From the NCBI GenBank assembly GCA_050951545.1, contig JBMNJG010000007.1, positions 256,001 to 320,000 on the forward strand: a stretch of DNA of 64,000 bases. The letters run 5' to 3'. The notes beneath the pieces were generated by a model, which had not been told where the DNA came from, ran no database searches, and saw only the letters and a list, made by a program, of their open reading frames with translations. Shown piece after piece: positions 1 to 8,226 of the stretch (the first letter of the stretch is position 1; each line of letters starts with the position of its first letter). The position numbers and the translations under genes are program-made. The stretch comes from Limnochordia bacterium (lineage in GTDB: Bacteria; Bacillota; Limnochordia; DTU080).

Positions 1-1149
1 CGGGTTGACGAGTATCGACACGAGTCGATCACGCTGATTGTCAAGACTGCGTGTAGCTAAGATGCCAGTAACGTTGCAGCCAAAACCCAAGATCATAGGG
101 ATGAACGCTTTGCCATGTAGCCCGACGGTCTTCATGAATCCATCCGAAATGAGGGCGGCCCGGGCCATGTAGCCAATGTCTTCGAGAAGCGAGATGGCGA
201 AAAACAGCAGGAAAATGGGAGGTATGAACTCAAGTACCGCTCCAAGGCCGGCTAGGACACCGTCCACGAAAAAAGCAGTGATGATCGGGGGTGTGCTCGC
301 TGGCAGTACGTGGGTGATCCAGATCCCCAGAGCATTGGCTGCATCACTCAGCCATCCCGCCATGGGCTCGCTCAAGGTAAAGGTAAACTGGAACATAAGG
401 AAGATCACAGCAAAGAAGATGGGATAGCTGAGCCATGGATGCAGCAACACCTGGTCTATACGCTGCGAAGGCGAGAGGCTGGCGCGATCGGGACCAGCTT
501 TGATGACCAACTCGGCGATTTCGGCGGCTCTATCGTAGCGGCGAGACACAGTGGCATCGTCGGGGTCGATTACAGCGTGGAGCGGCCCAACGGAGCCAGC
601 ATTCTGGTCATGTTGGGGCAGACCGTTTTCCCCTTCGTTGGCCGCACTCAAGGCTGCATCAAGGAGAGCGTGAATGCCGTGGCCACTTACTGCTACGGTA
701 GGTACAACAGGTATCCCCAGAGCCTTGGCCAGGCCTTCAACATGGATCTCGAAGCCTAGTGCTTGGGCTTCGTCGAACATGTTGAGGGCGATAATCAGCG
801 GCACTCTTAGCTCGAGCAGCTGGATGGTCAGGTAGAGGTTGCGCTCCAGGTTTGTGGCGTCGATTACGTTGATGACTACATCGGGGTGGTGGCGGGTGAG
901 GAAGTCGCGGGCTATGGTTTCGTCTATGGCCTGGGACCCGAGGCTGTAGGTTCCAGGGAGATCGACGACGCGTACGGTGGTTCCGTTGTGCGTCGCATAC
1001 CCTTCTTTCCTCTCGACGGTGACGCCTGGCCAGTTACCGACGTGCTGGCGGGCACCAGTGATGGCATTGAAAAGAGCGGTCTTACCCGCGTTTGGATTGC
1101 CAGCGATGGCAATAACAGGTGTAGATACCTGCTGTTTCTGCATGGCCAT
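1..1149 (-). CDS. feoB: Ferrous iron transporter FeoB (runs off the window start; C-terminal part not in window)
   Basis: Not in the ORF track. Minus-strand translation gives [46 protein letters not shown]...DLPGTYSL...NMFDEA (G1-G4 motifs), then membrane segments with [12 protein letters not shown] and GFGCNV. Confidence 0.95.
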   Translation of the reverse strand, partial: MAMQKQQVSTPVIAIAGNPNAGKTALFNAITGARQHVGNWPGVTVERKEGYATHNGTTVRVVDLPGTYSLGSQAIDETIARDFLTRHHPDVVINVIDATNLERNLYLTIQLLELRVPLIIALNMFDEAQALGFEIHVEGLAKALGIPVVPTVAVSGHGIHALLDAALSAANEGENGLPQHDQNAGSVGPLHAVIDPDDATVSRRYDRAAEIAELVIKAGPDRASLSPSQRIDQVLLHPWLSYPIFFAVIFLMFQFTFTLSEPMAGWLSDAANALGIWITHVLPASTPPIITAFFVDGVLAGLGAVLEFIPPIFLLFFAISLLEDIGYMARAALISDGFMKTVGLHGKAFIPMILGFGCNVTGILATRSLDNQRDRLVSILVNP

Positions 1150-1157
1150 GCGGATCT

Positions 1158-1538
1158 TCAACCCCTTTCACTTTGGTCTCTGATGGGATTGCGACGGCCA
1201 CGGTGCCGGCGGCCGAAGCCCCTTCCCAGACCTCGACGGCCGCGCGGTCGCCCGGGTCGCTGTACCGTGACAATGCTGGGAACATTCCGGGGAGCCACTA
1301 ACACGCTGGCGGCTTCTCCTCGTCTGAGAGCGAGACGACATCCCCTTGCATTGATAATGATAGGATCACCCAGAGGGGCTGCGCCCTCGAGGTAGACTTC
1401 CGTACCAGGCGTCAGGCCCATGTCCATAAGCTTGCGCCTGAGTGGGCCGCAGCACCTGATAGACAGAATTGTCCCTAGAGCTCCTGGGTGTAAATCAGCC
1501 AAGGAAATCGGTGCCTGGGGGTGCAGGTTTTCGGTCAT
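1158..1538 (-). CDS. feoA: Ferrous iron transport protein FeoA with Arg/Gly-rich C-terminal tail
   Basis: [13 protein letters not shown]...APLGDPI...LALRRGEA signature; directly upstream of feoB. Confidence 0.92.
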   Translation of the reverse strand: MTENLHPQAPISLADLHPGALGTILSIRCCGPLRRKLMDMGLTPGTEVYLEGAAPLGDPIIINARGCRLALRRGEAASVLVAPRNVPSIVTVQRPGRPRGRRGLGRGFGRRHRGRRNPIRDQSERG

Positions 1539-1927
1539 AGGCTTGTCCTCTTATCCATATAGTCAATCATGCTAGCCATCGTCTTGGCACTTACTACGTG
1601 CTCTATCCTACAGGCATCCTCTTCGGCGATTGCTTCGCTTACGCCAAGGACATTTGTAAGAAAGGACTTGATCGCTTCGTGTCTTTTGCGAATCGTTTGT
1701 GCTGCAGCCACTCCTTCATCCGTGAGAAATATCGGGCCGTACTTCTCTCGCGTGACCAGGTGCCTACCAACCAGAAGGCCTACAGCCTGATTGACACTGG
1801 CCTTGGATACGTCAAGTTTGGTGGCGATATCCGTGGTCCGGGCTCCTTGATCATCGCTGCTCAGCTCCAACACCGCCTCGAGGTAATCCTCAAGTGAAGG
1901 GGATATCTGAACTCGTCGACGGGTCAT
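1535..1927 (-). CDS. DtxR/MntR family metal-dependent transcriptional regulator
   Basis: SLEDYLEAV, HTH, RKRHEAIKSFL, EEDACRIEHVVS; 4-nt overlap with feoA. Confidence 0.92.
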   Translation of the reverse strand: MTRRRVQISPSLEDYLEAVLELSSDDQGARTTDIATKLDVSKASVNQAVGLLVGRHLVTREKYGPIFLTDEGVAAAQTIRKRHEAIKSFLTNVLGVSEAIAEEDACRIEHVVSAKTMASMIDYMDKRTSL

Positions 1928-1960
1928 CGCTTACTCCTTCCTGCATATGGGCAGTGGGTT

Positions 1961-1980
1961 AAGTTAGGTGCAACTAACTT
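1961..1980. promoter_or_regulatory. Palindromic DtxR-family operator
   Basis: AAGTTAG-GTGCAA-CTAACTT inverted repeat between the promoter and the start of the DtxR-family gene; resembles TTAG-N-CTAA DtxR/SloR boxes. Confidence 0.75.
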
Positions 1981-1992
1981 TGTTCTGCTTTC

Positions 1993-2021
1993 AATATACG
2001 GCACCACGTCGGCAGTGTCAA
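1993..2021 (-). promoter_or_regulatory. SigA-type promoter of dtxR-feoAB
   Basis: Minus strand TTGACA-17 nt-TATATT. Confidence 0.8.
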
Positions 2022-2067
2022 GGTGTAGAAGCAACTTCGATCACTGGGTGCACACGTGAAGTCGTGG

Positions 2068-2081
2068 GGAACGGATGTTCC
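2068..2081. promoter_or_regulatory. Gram-positive LexA (SOS) box
   Basis: GGAACGGATGTTCC vs the B. subtilis consensus CGAACRNRYGTTYC (1 mismatch). Confidence 0.55.
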
Positions 2082-2351
2082 TATCATCACGTCGCCTCTC
2101 GCGTTCCGAGAACTCACCTCACCGCTCACGAAAGTAGGCGGATACGTCGAGCATCTGTTGTGCCCCGGACTGGCTCCAGCATCAGTCGCGTCTTTGTGTA
2201 GTGTCTGCTCACATAGGCGATCGCCGCGGGGTTCTTCTTGCTGCTCGGAAGCACGTTCTTCCGCGGCAGGGCCTCTTCTGAGAATGGTTCACAGCATATA
2301 ACCGGAAAACAATGTCGATATTTGGTGAAGTTAGCTTTTTTGCACGAGAGG

Positions 2352-2377
2352 GCAGGATCCTGCTTGGTCGGGTAGAA
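2352..2377 (+). promoter_or_regulatory. SigH-like promoter motif
   Basis: GCAGGA-17 nt-GAA, same spacing as other copies in this window. Confidence 0.5.
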
Positions 2378-2393
2378 AGAAGTCACAGCGGGG

Positions 2394-2407
2394 CGAACAT
2401 TTGTTCC
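2394..2407. promoter_or_regulatory. Gram-positive LexA (SOS) box upstream of the wHTH-nuclease gene
   Basis: CGAACATTTGTTCC (GAAC-N4-GTTC) between the promoter motif and the RBS GAGGTGAG. Confidence 0.7.
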
Positions 2408-2428
2408 CGGTTATGTGAGGTGAGTTTC

Positions 2429-3484
2429 TTGTATTCCCTGCATATAGATGAAGCGCGTGTGCCTGATTCGATACTTTGCGCTGGCGATTTGAGAGCTAGC
2501 GAAAAAGTTGTCTGGATGGCCTTGGCTATGGATGCTCATTTGGACGAGGCGTTTCTCTATTCGCCCAGCCGCCTGGCACGGCGCACGGGCATGTCTCGAT
2601 CGACCGTTCGCAAGGCTGTGGCCAGACTGCTCAGCGAGGAGCGGTTTGTTTTGGCAACCGTTCGGCTCATGAATAAACTATCAGAGCAGTGGTTGCCCCC
2701 TGGCTGGCTTCAGATTCCGGTCGAGCTGATCATGGCCACCCAACTCAACCCCCAAGCCAAAGTCGTCTATGCAGTACTTGTAGGCAAAGACGATCCGGAG
2801 TATCGTCTGCGGCAGTTCAAATACTCTGAGCTCGCCGAGCTGATGCATCTGAGCCCTCAGACCGTAAAACATGCGGTGCGGCGATTAGCCAAACTGAGCT
2901 GGCTCGAGATGGAGCAGCCACACAAACAGGCCGTGATTCGCTTTACCCTCCTCAACCCGATCGATAAGAAGCACAGCGAAGAAGTGTGGCGCATACAGCA
3001 CAAACTCGACACGGCTGAGTATTACGGGGAAGCACTTATGACAGGTATCTGCACTGCTCTTGTGGACTCTCAGCATTACACGCCCCGCATCCGCCCCCCT
3101 TTCCTGGAGAACCCCGACACCGGTCAGAGGCTGGAGTTGGATCTCTTCTATTATCTTCATTATACGGCCTTCGAGTTTAATGGTCCGCAACACTACGGTG
3201 TCACGAAGCTCTACTCAGCTGAGCAAGTGCTTGAGCAGCAGAAGCGTGACCAGACAAAGGAGCAGACCTGTGCCGAGGAGGACATAGAGTTGATCGTGAT
3301 CCAGTCCCGCGAGCTCTCGTGGGAGACGATCAAGAAGAAGATTGGCAGACGACTGCCGCTGCGGCGCGACGTACGCATCAACCGGAAGCTGTTCCGGCTT
3401 CTCAAGCCCAGGTGCCGGCGGTACCGCGAGCAGGCCAAGCACGGCTGGGCGCCCAGTGAATCTACGGAAACACCACAAGATTAG
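2429..3484 (+). CDS. Uncharacterised protein: two tandem winged-HTH domains plus a C-terminal Vsr/DUF559-like endonuclease domain
   Basis: Internal repeat (VPDSIL..LRASEKVVW..SRLARRTGMSRSTVRKAVARL / IPVELI..LNPQAKVVY..SELAELMHLSPQTVKHAVRRL); C-terminal LELDLFY..AFEFNGPQHY..QQKRDQTK..C...I.LIVI; TTG start after GAGGTGAG. Confidence 0.75.
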   Translation: MYSLHIDEARVPDSILCAGDLRASEKVVWMALAMDAHLDEAFLYSPSRLARRTGMSRSTVRKAVARLLSEERFVLATVRLMNKLSEQWLPPGWLQIPVELIMATQLNPQAKVVYAVLVGKDDPEYRLRQFKYSELAELMHLSPQTVKHAVRRLAKLSWLEMEQPHKQAVIRFTLLNPIDKKHSEEVWRIQHKLDTAEYYGEALMTGICTALVDSQHYTPRIRPPFLENPDTGQRLELDLFYYLHYTAFEFNGPQHYGVTKLYSAEQVLEQQKRDQTKEQTCAEEDIELIVIQSRELSWETIKKKIGRRLPLRRDVRINRKLFRLLKPRCRRYREQAKHGWAPSESTETPQD

Positions 3485-3701
3485 TCCGCGGCGCCTTCGC
3501 TGAGGCGTAACCACTGAAGATGCGTCTCCTCACCTAGGAGTAGGAGCGTCTAGAAACGTCGTTCCACGCTCTGGTAACCCTTCAGTCCTGCTTCACACAG
3601 CACATAACCGGATAGGATCACCGTCCCTTTCCTGTGTCAAGCGGCCTAGTCGCCAAGTGGGTGGGCTGAGCGGGAAAGTCGCGCTCCTTTGTACATCATA
3701 A

Positions 3702-4213
3702 GGCGACATGCTGGCACCCCTTGGACCCCTGGAGCCCTGGAGCCCTGGAGCCGACAAACGTGGTCAATGCGCAGCGATGGCGCCCTCCCGGACCACTTTC
3801 GGCGCACTCAACCCACGAAAACGGCGCATTCCCCTCCCCAAATCGCTGTTTCCCCACCTCAAAAGCCGCACCCCGACCAGTGGACTGCACATAACGCGAC
3901 GCCATCGATGGTCTTTCCCCATGTCCAGCGCCCAGCCGTTCACCGGGTGGGCTGAGGGCGCGGGGCTGAGGGCGGAGAGGGCGGCTAGGCGGCGACACGC
4001 TGGCACCCCTTGGAGCCCTGGAGCCGACAAACGTGGTCAATGCGCAGCGATGGCACCCTCCCGGCCACTTTCGGCGCACTCAACCCACGAAAACGGCGCA
4101 TTCCCCTCCCCAAATCGCTGTTTCCCCACCTCAAAAGCCGCACCCCGACCAGTGGACTGCACATAACGCAACGCCATCGATGGTCTTTCCCCATGTCCAG
4201 CGCCCAGCCGTTC
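3702..4213. repeat. Two near-identical direct repeat units (3702-3941 and 3991-4213)
   Basis: The units differ by a few substitutions, one base, and 4 vs 2 copies of an internal 8-mer (GCCCTGGA-like); 49-bp spacer. Confidence 0.95.
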
Positions 4214-4392
4214 GTGATCACCGTGGGCCAGTTGCGCCCTTCGTTCACCATGGCGGTGACGCGACCGCCACGTGGGTCCGCTGGGAGTTGTGTGGGTCCT
4301 CGCCAGTTGACGCGGCAAACCGTGTCGGGTTGGATCCCTTCTGGCGCCCCAGACGACGAACCGGACCGGCCAGCGCCGCCTTTTCACAGCCA

Positions 4393-4484
4393 AGCGGGGT
4401 TGTGGGGTGCAAAAGCGGGATATCAGAAGCGGTTTCAGCCAGAACCATTCACCGAAACCGCCCTTTCTTGCCGCCTACCTAGCC
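4393..4484 (+). repeat. Dispersed hairpin-containing repeat, homologous to 62353-62443 (minus)
   Basis: 43/56 ungapped identity over the 3' part (counted by hand), including an exact ACCGAAACCGCCCT. Confidence 0.7.
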
Positions 4485-4755
4485 GCCGCCAAAACCGCAG
4501 GATGGATCCCATTCCCCGTCCGGGGAGGCGGCCAACCCGTCGGCGAGAGCGCACCCGCACTAACTGGATACAGGGATCACCTACCGCTGTCTTTTGCAGG
4601 GTTCCAATCACTTCGTTTCGGAACCTTGGCAAAGCAGGTCTGCACGTCTGGGGCAAGGAAACGCAGACGATAGCATGCAAAGAAGGATTTGGCAGCAGTG
4701 ATGGCAAAAATGGAGTCTGATGGACCCAATTAACAAGAGGCGAGGTGCTGATGCC

Positions 4756-6009
4756 ATGAAGACGAGGTGTTGTCTGTTCACTGCGGCTCTGTTGATCTTC
4801 AGCTTGGCAGGCGTAGTTTTCGCGGCTCCTAAGACGACCGTAACGATCGCCACCTACTCTCAACCTCGTTTCGAGATTCTGCGTGACACCCTGATCCCCA
4901 AGTGGCAGGCTGCCCACACAGATATCGACATTGAAATCGTCAACTATCCGGATTTCTGGAACAAGCTCTTGGTGTTGATGAGCACCGATCAGGCTCCTGA
5001 TATCGTCGATACGGCTGGCACTTACATTTTTGGCCATGTAATTCGTGGTGGTGCCGTCAATCTGGCACCAATGCTTGAGAAGGACAGTACGCTGAGTAAA
5101 GACAGTTTTTGGCCTGGTCCCTGGAATGAGGTGCGTTGGCCTCAGCCCGATGGTCAAGGCATCTACGGTCTGCCCTACGATACAGTAGGTGCCGTGTTGT
5201 GGTATAACAATGAACTCTTGCGCAACGCTGGTGTTAGCGCACCGAACTCCACATGGAACTGGTTTGATCTGCGGACGGCAGCGAAGAAGATTGCCCGAGA
5301 CACCGATGGCGACGGTCAGATGGATCTGTGGGGCATCGGAGCGGCAGCGACCCATGAGTTCTTTGATCCACTGGTCAAGTCATTTGGCGGTGTGATTCTC
5401 AACCCTGATCGCAAGTCGGCGGGGATCGAATCGCCTCAGGCCATTCAGGCCACGCAGTTCGTGACGGATATGATTCAGGAGGATCGAGCGGCTGTGATGG
5501 GTGGGGGTATTGCCGGAGGTAAGGTAGCATTTCAGATTGGTGGGTCGTTCAACATCAATACCTTTGCTCGGATTGAGGGACTAGACTGGGGCATTGCTCC
5601 GGTGCCCAGGGGTCCGGTTGCACACAACACCTATGGCGGATCTAACATGTTCGAGGTGATGCATCGTCCAGGTCAAGACTTGCAGGCTGTGTGGGCCATA
5701 CTCAAGCTACTGTTGACGCAAGAGACAATCGAGGCTTTCTGGACATCGTACCAGGCTCCCTACAGCATACCGTCTGTGCGCTCTGTGGCTGCACGCACAA
5801 AGATGAATACCATTCAGCAGGTACTCGCTCAGTCGGTTGGTTTCATGAGCGATGCCGATTGGAGCCCTGACTGGGCTATATGGCAGGCGGCGAAGCGTTC
5901 CGGGATTGAACCTGTACTGCGAGGCGAGCGTTCTGCTGCAGAAGGTGTTATGCGTGCTGCTCAGGAGATCAACAAGGTTCTCGATCAAGCCTATGGCATC
6001 GGCAAGTAG
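4756..6009 (+). CDS. Sugar ABC transporter solute-binding protein
   Basis: Signal peptide ending VFA; APDIV, IYGLPYD, LWYNNELL, WNWFDLRTAAKKI. Confidence 0.9.
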   Translation: MKTRCCLFTAALLIFSLAGVVFAAPKTTVTIATYSQPRFEILRDTLIPKWQAAHTDIDIEIVNYPDFWNKLLVLMSTDQAPDIVDTAGTYIFGHVIRGGAVNLAPMLEKDSTLSKDSFWPGPWNEVRWPQPDGQGIYGLPYDTVGAVLWYNNELLRNAGVSAPNSTWNWFDLRTAAKKIARDTDGDGQMDLWGIGAAATHEFFDPLVKSFGGVILNPDRKSAGIESPQAIQATQFVTDMIQEDRAAVMGGGIAGGKVAFQIGGSFNINTFARIEGLDWGIAPVPRGPVAHNTYGGSNMFEVMHRPGQDLQAVWAILKLLLTQETIEAFWTSYQAPYSIPSVRSVAARTKMNTIQQVLAQSVGFMSDADWSPDWAIWQAAKRSGIEPVLRGERSAAEGVMRAAQEINKVLDQAYGIGK

Positions 6010-6045
6010 ATAAGGATACCGATAATCTGTGTCGAATGACCTCTC

Positions 6046-6081
6046 CGTGCCATGGGTTCGCCTACGCGAACCCATGGCACG
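6046..6081 (+). terminator. Strong intergenic hairpin (16-bp stem, no U tract)
   Basis: CGTGCCATGGGTTCGC-CTAC-GCGAACCCATGGCACG. Confidence 0.6.
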
Positions 6082-6126
6082 AGTTAAGGGTATGACACTC
6101 AGAAATTCACGGAAGAAGGCGAGACC

Positions 6127-7377
6127 ATGAAAGCCGAGATTGTAAAGTATGCACTCGATCGCGTACCACTATCGCTCATCATTGATGACTCTACGCCACT
6201 AATCAACCTCAACTACTTCTTCTTGCGTGACCGCAACAAGCATACCGGACAGAACCAACGCTGGGAGGATATCCCTGTTGTACACCCGGAGTCCTTTACT
6301 CGCGAGTGGGCCGAGTGGTGCGCGGAGAATGGAGTGCGAGGCAAGTTCAGTGTGGTGCCGTGCCCGGCAGGCCTCGGTCGTATTGATGAGGGGCTGGCCC
6401 TGTTTGGGCAAGAGCAGCTAGACAGCTGGCTGCGAATGTGCCGGGAAGTGATCACGCCTGTCTTTGATATCACTCCGGAGATGCTCACCCACACCTTTGT
6501 GCTTGATCTTCACACAATGCGTCCGCTGGAATCGCGCATCTGGGAGCAGTACGAATGGCAGAGGCTCCCCGAAGATCAGGAGGAGTGGGTTACCGATTAT
6601 ATCGCTCTGTCATGTCAGATATTAGCCAACGTAGGTCTCACGCCTACGGGGGTCACCTCGCCAGGAGGCTTTGGGGGCCAGAGTCTTCCGTTTTACGCGA
6701 AAGCTGCTGGCAATGCAGTGCGTCGGGTGACAGGGAACCCGACACCGTTCTTTTTCAAGAATGTCGTCATGAAGGGACCAGTACCCGTACCAGTATGGTA
6801 TGCGGACCGAGATGCAGGTACGGCTACGGGCGAGATCGTAGCGTCCACCGGTGATTGGACGGGGTCCTGGACGGGCTATGGTGTGGTCGACGCTGACAAG
6901 TATATTACCGCTGATCTCGGTAGCGGTCGGCTGCCCGACCTCATTGACACCGGAGAAGCAGCGATTCTGATCAGCCACTGGCAGGGATTCTATGGCCTGC
7001 ATGATGAGGACCGCCGTGGGTTTCGGGCGCTTAAGACTGTCGTTGAGCGGCTTAGAGCGCGTGATCCATACGGGGACCAGGCGCGCTGGCGCAAGGTCAG
7101 CGAGATCACCGACTATGCCTGTGCCCGTGAGATGGCAGAGCTACGTGTTGACGACAATGTCATTACCCTTGATCTGCCAGTACTGGTGCCTGAGCTTACC
7201 CTGCGCATAGCTGGGTTAGACCCCCGAGGTATTCGAGTAGGTGAGCAACCGCTCAAACGCGTAGGTAGCAGACGCTATCTGCAAAGCGGCACCTTCTGTA
7301 CTGAGAACCAGGAGACCTTGCTGGCCTTCGATCCGACGAACCGCACCTGCAGGGTAGAGGTGCTTCTGGATCACTAG
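6127..7377 (+). CDS. Conserved hypothetical protein, probable polysaccharide-deacetylase (NodB)-like barrel
   Basis: 416-aa ORF with RBS; LSLIIDD, GKFSVVP, PEMLTHT, TSPGG and SHW motifs. Confidence 0.6.
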   Translation: MKAEIVKYALDRVPLSLIIDDSTPLINLNYFFLRDRNKHTGQNQRWEDIPVVHPESFTREWAEWCAENGVRGKFSVVPCPAGLGRIDEGLALFGQEQLDSWLRMCREVITPVFDITPEMLTHTFVLDLHTMRPLESRIWEQYEWQRLPEDQEEWVTDYIALSCQILANVGLTPTGVTSPGGFGGQSLPFYAKAAGNAVRRVTGNPTPFFFKNVVMKGPVPVPVWYADRDAGTATGEIVASTGDWTGSWTGYGVVDADKYITADLGSGRLPDLIDTGEAAILISHWQGFYGLHDEDRRGFRALKTVVERLRARDPYGDQARWRKVSEITDYACAREMAELRVDDNVITLDLPVLVPELTLRIAGLDPRGIRVGEQPLKRVGSRRYLQSGTFCTENQETLLAFDPTNRTCRVEVLLDH

Positions 7378-7529
7378 CCGCTAGGGTTCGTTGGGGGCCA
7401 TGGCGTTGGGGGCCATTGGAGGAACGCGGTTGGCGTGCGGGCCGCATGGCCGGAAGGCATTTGGGTACTTGATAGCTAAGTAAATCTGTTGAGGGAGATT
7501 CCCTACTAGGCATGTAGGGGGACGATGCT

Positions 7530-8210
7530 ATGCTCGGGCGGTTTTCGTCCGTCTTTGATATCGTAGGCCCGGTCATGGTTGGGCCCTCCAGCTCGCACAC
7601 CGCGGGGGCAGCTCGCATTGGGGCGCTTGCTCGTCGGGTGTTGGGAGAGATACCTGGCTGGGCCATTTGTACGCTTTACGACTCGTTTGCTCTCACTGGC
7701 AGCGGGCATGGGACTGATATCGCATTGGTAGGCGGGCTGCTAGGATTGGAGAGTCACGATCCTCGTCTCGTTCATGCGTTGGAGATGGCTGAAGAGGCGG
7801 GTCTAAAGATCGAATGGGAGATGGGTGAGAAGAGCCCTACAGGTCATCCGAACGCGGTGCGCCTGCGCCTCACAGGTGCCATCACGGGTATCTGCACTGA
7901 TATCCATGCGGTTTCGCAGGGTGGGGGCAAAGTAGCGGTGGTGCAGATCGACGGTTTTTCCGTCACGCTTACGGGGTTGTACCCCACGTTGCTCGTGTTT
8001 CACCGCGATGTGGCGGGAGCTATCGCTCAGGTGACCACAGCTGTCGCAGCGGGTGGCTGCAACATAGCCCGTATGGAGGTGGCCAGGCAGTCTCGGGGGA
8101 AAAACGCCCTGATGGTGATGGAACTTGATCAGTCACCGAGTGCCGATGTGGTAGCTGAGATCAACAGCGTGAGTGCGGTTTATCGCGTGCGCACGGTTGT
8201 TCCTGAGTAA
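7530..8210 (+). CDS. sdaAB: L-serine dehydratase, iron-sulfur-dependent, beta subunit
   Basis: FDIVGPVMVGPSSSHTAGAARIG; C-terminal ACT domain. Confidence 0.95.
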   Translation: MLGRFSSVFDIVGPVMVGPSSSHTAGAARIGALARRVLGEIPGWAICTLYDSFALTGSGHGTDIALVGGLLGLESHDPRLVHALEMAEEAGLKIEWEMGEKSPTGHPNAVRLRLTGAITGICTDIHAVSQGGGKVAVVQIDGFSVTLTGLYPTLLVFHRDVAGAIAQVTTAVAAGGCNIARMEVARQSRGKNALMVMELDQSPSADVVAEINSVSAVYRVRTVVPE

Positions 8211-8226
8211 GACGGGGGGTGCTTTC

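Noticed and set aside
2312-2428. ATG 2312 as the start of the nuclease gene
   Set aside because: The promoter motif, SOS box and RBS lie inside this stretch; TTG 2429 fits better.
2429-3484. Known IS transposase or plasmid Rep
   Set aside because: No DDE, HUH or recombinase motifs, and no clean terminal inverted repeats or target-site duplication seen.
3659-4213. CRISPR array
   Set aside because: Only two long (~230 bp) units, no short repeats with unique spacers, and no cas genes.
3689-4720. Overlapping ORFs in the repeat region (e.g. 4010-4720, 3708-4166)
   Set aside because: Pro/Arg-rich, no RBS or motifs, and a 1-bp indel between the copies breaks frame; likely GC-rich artefacts.
7389-7416. 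13-bp direct repeat CGTTGGGGGCCAT x2
   Set aside because: Isolated short duplication with no supporting context.
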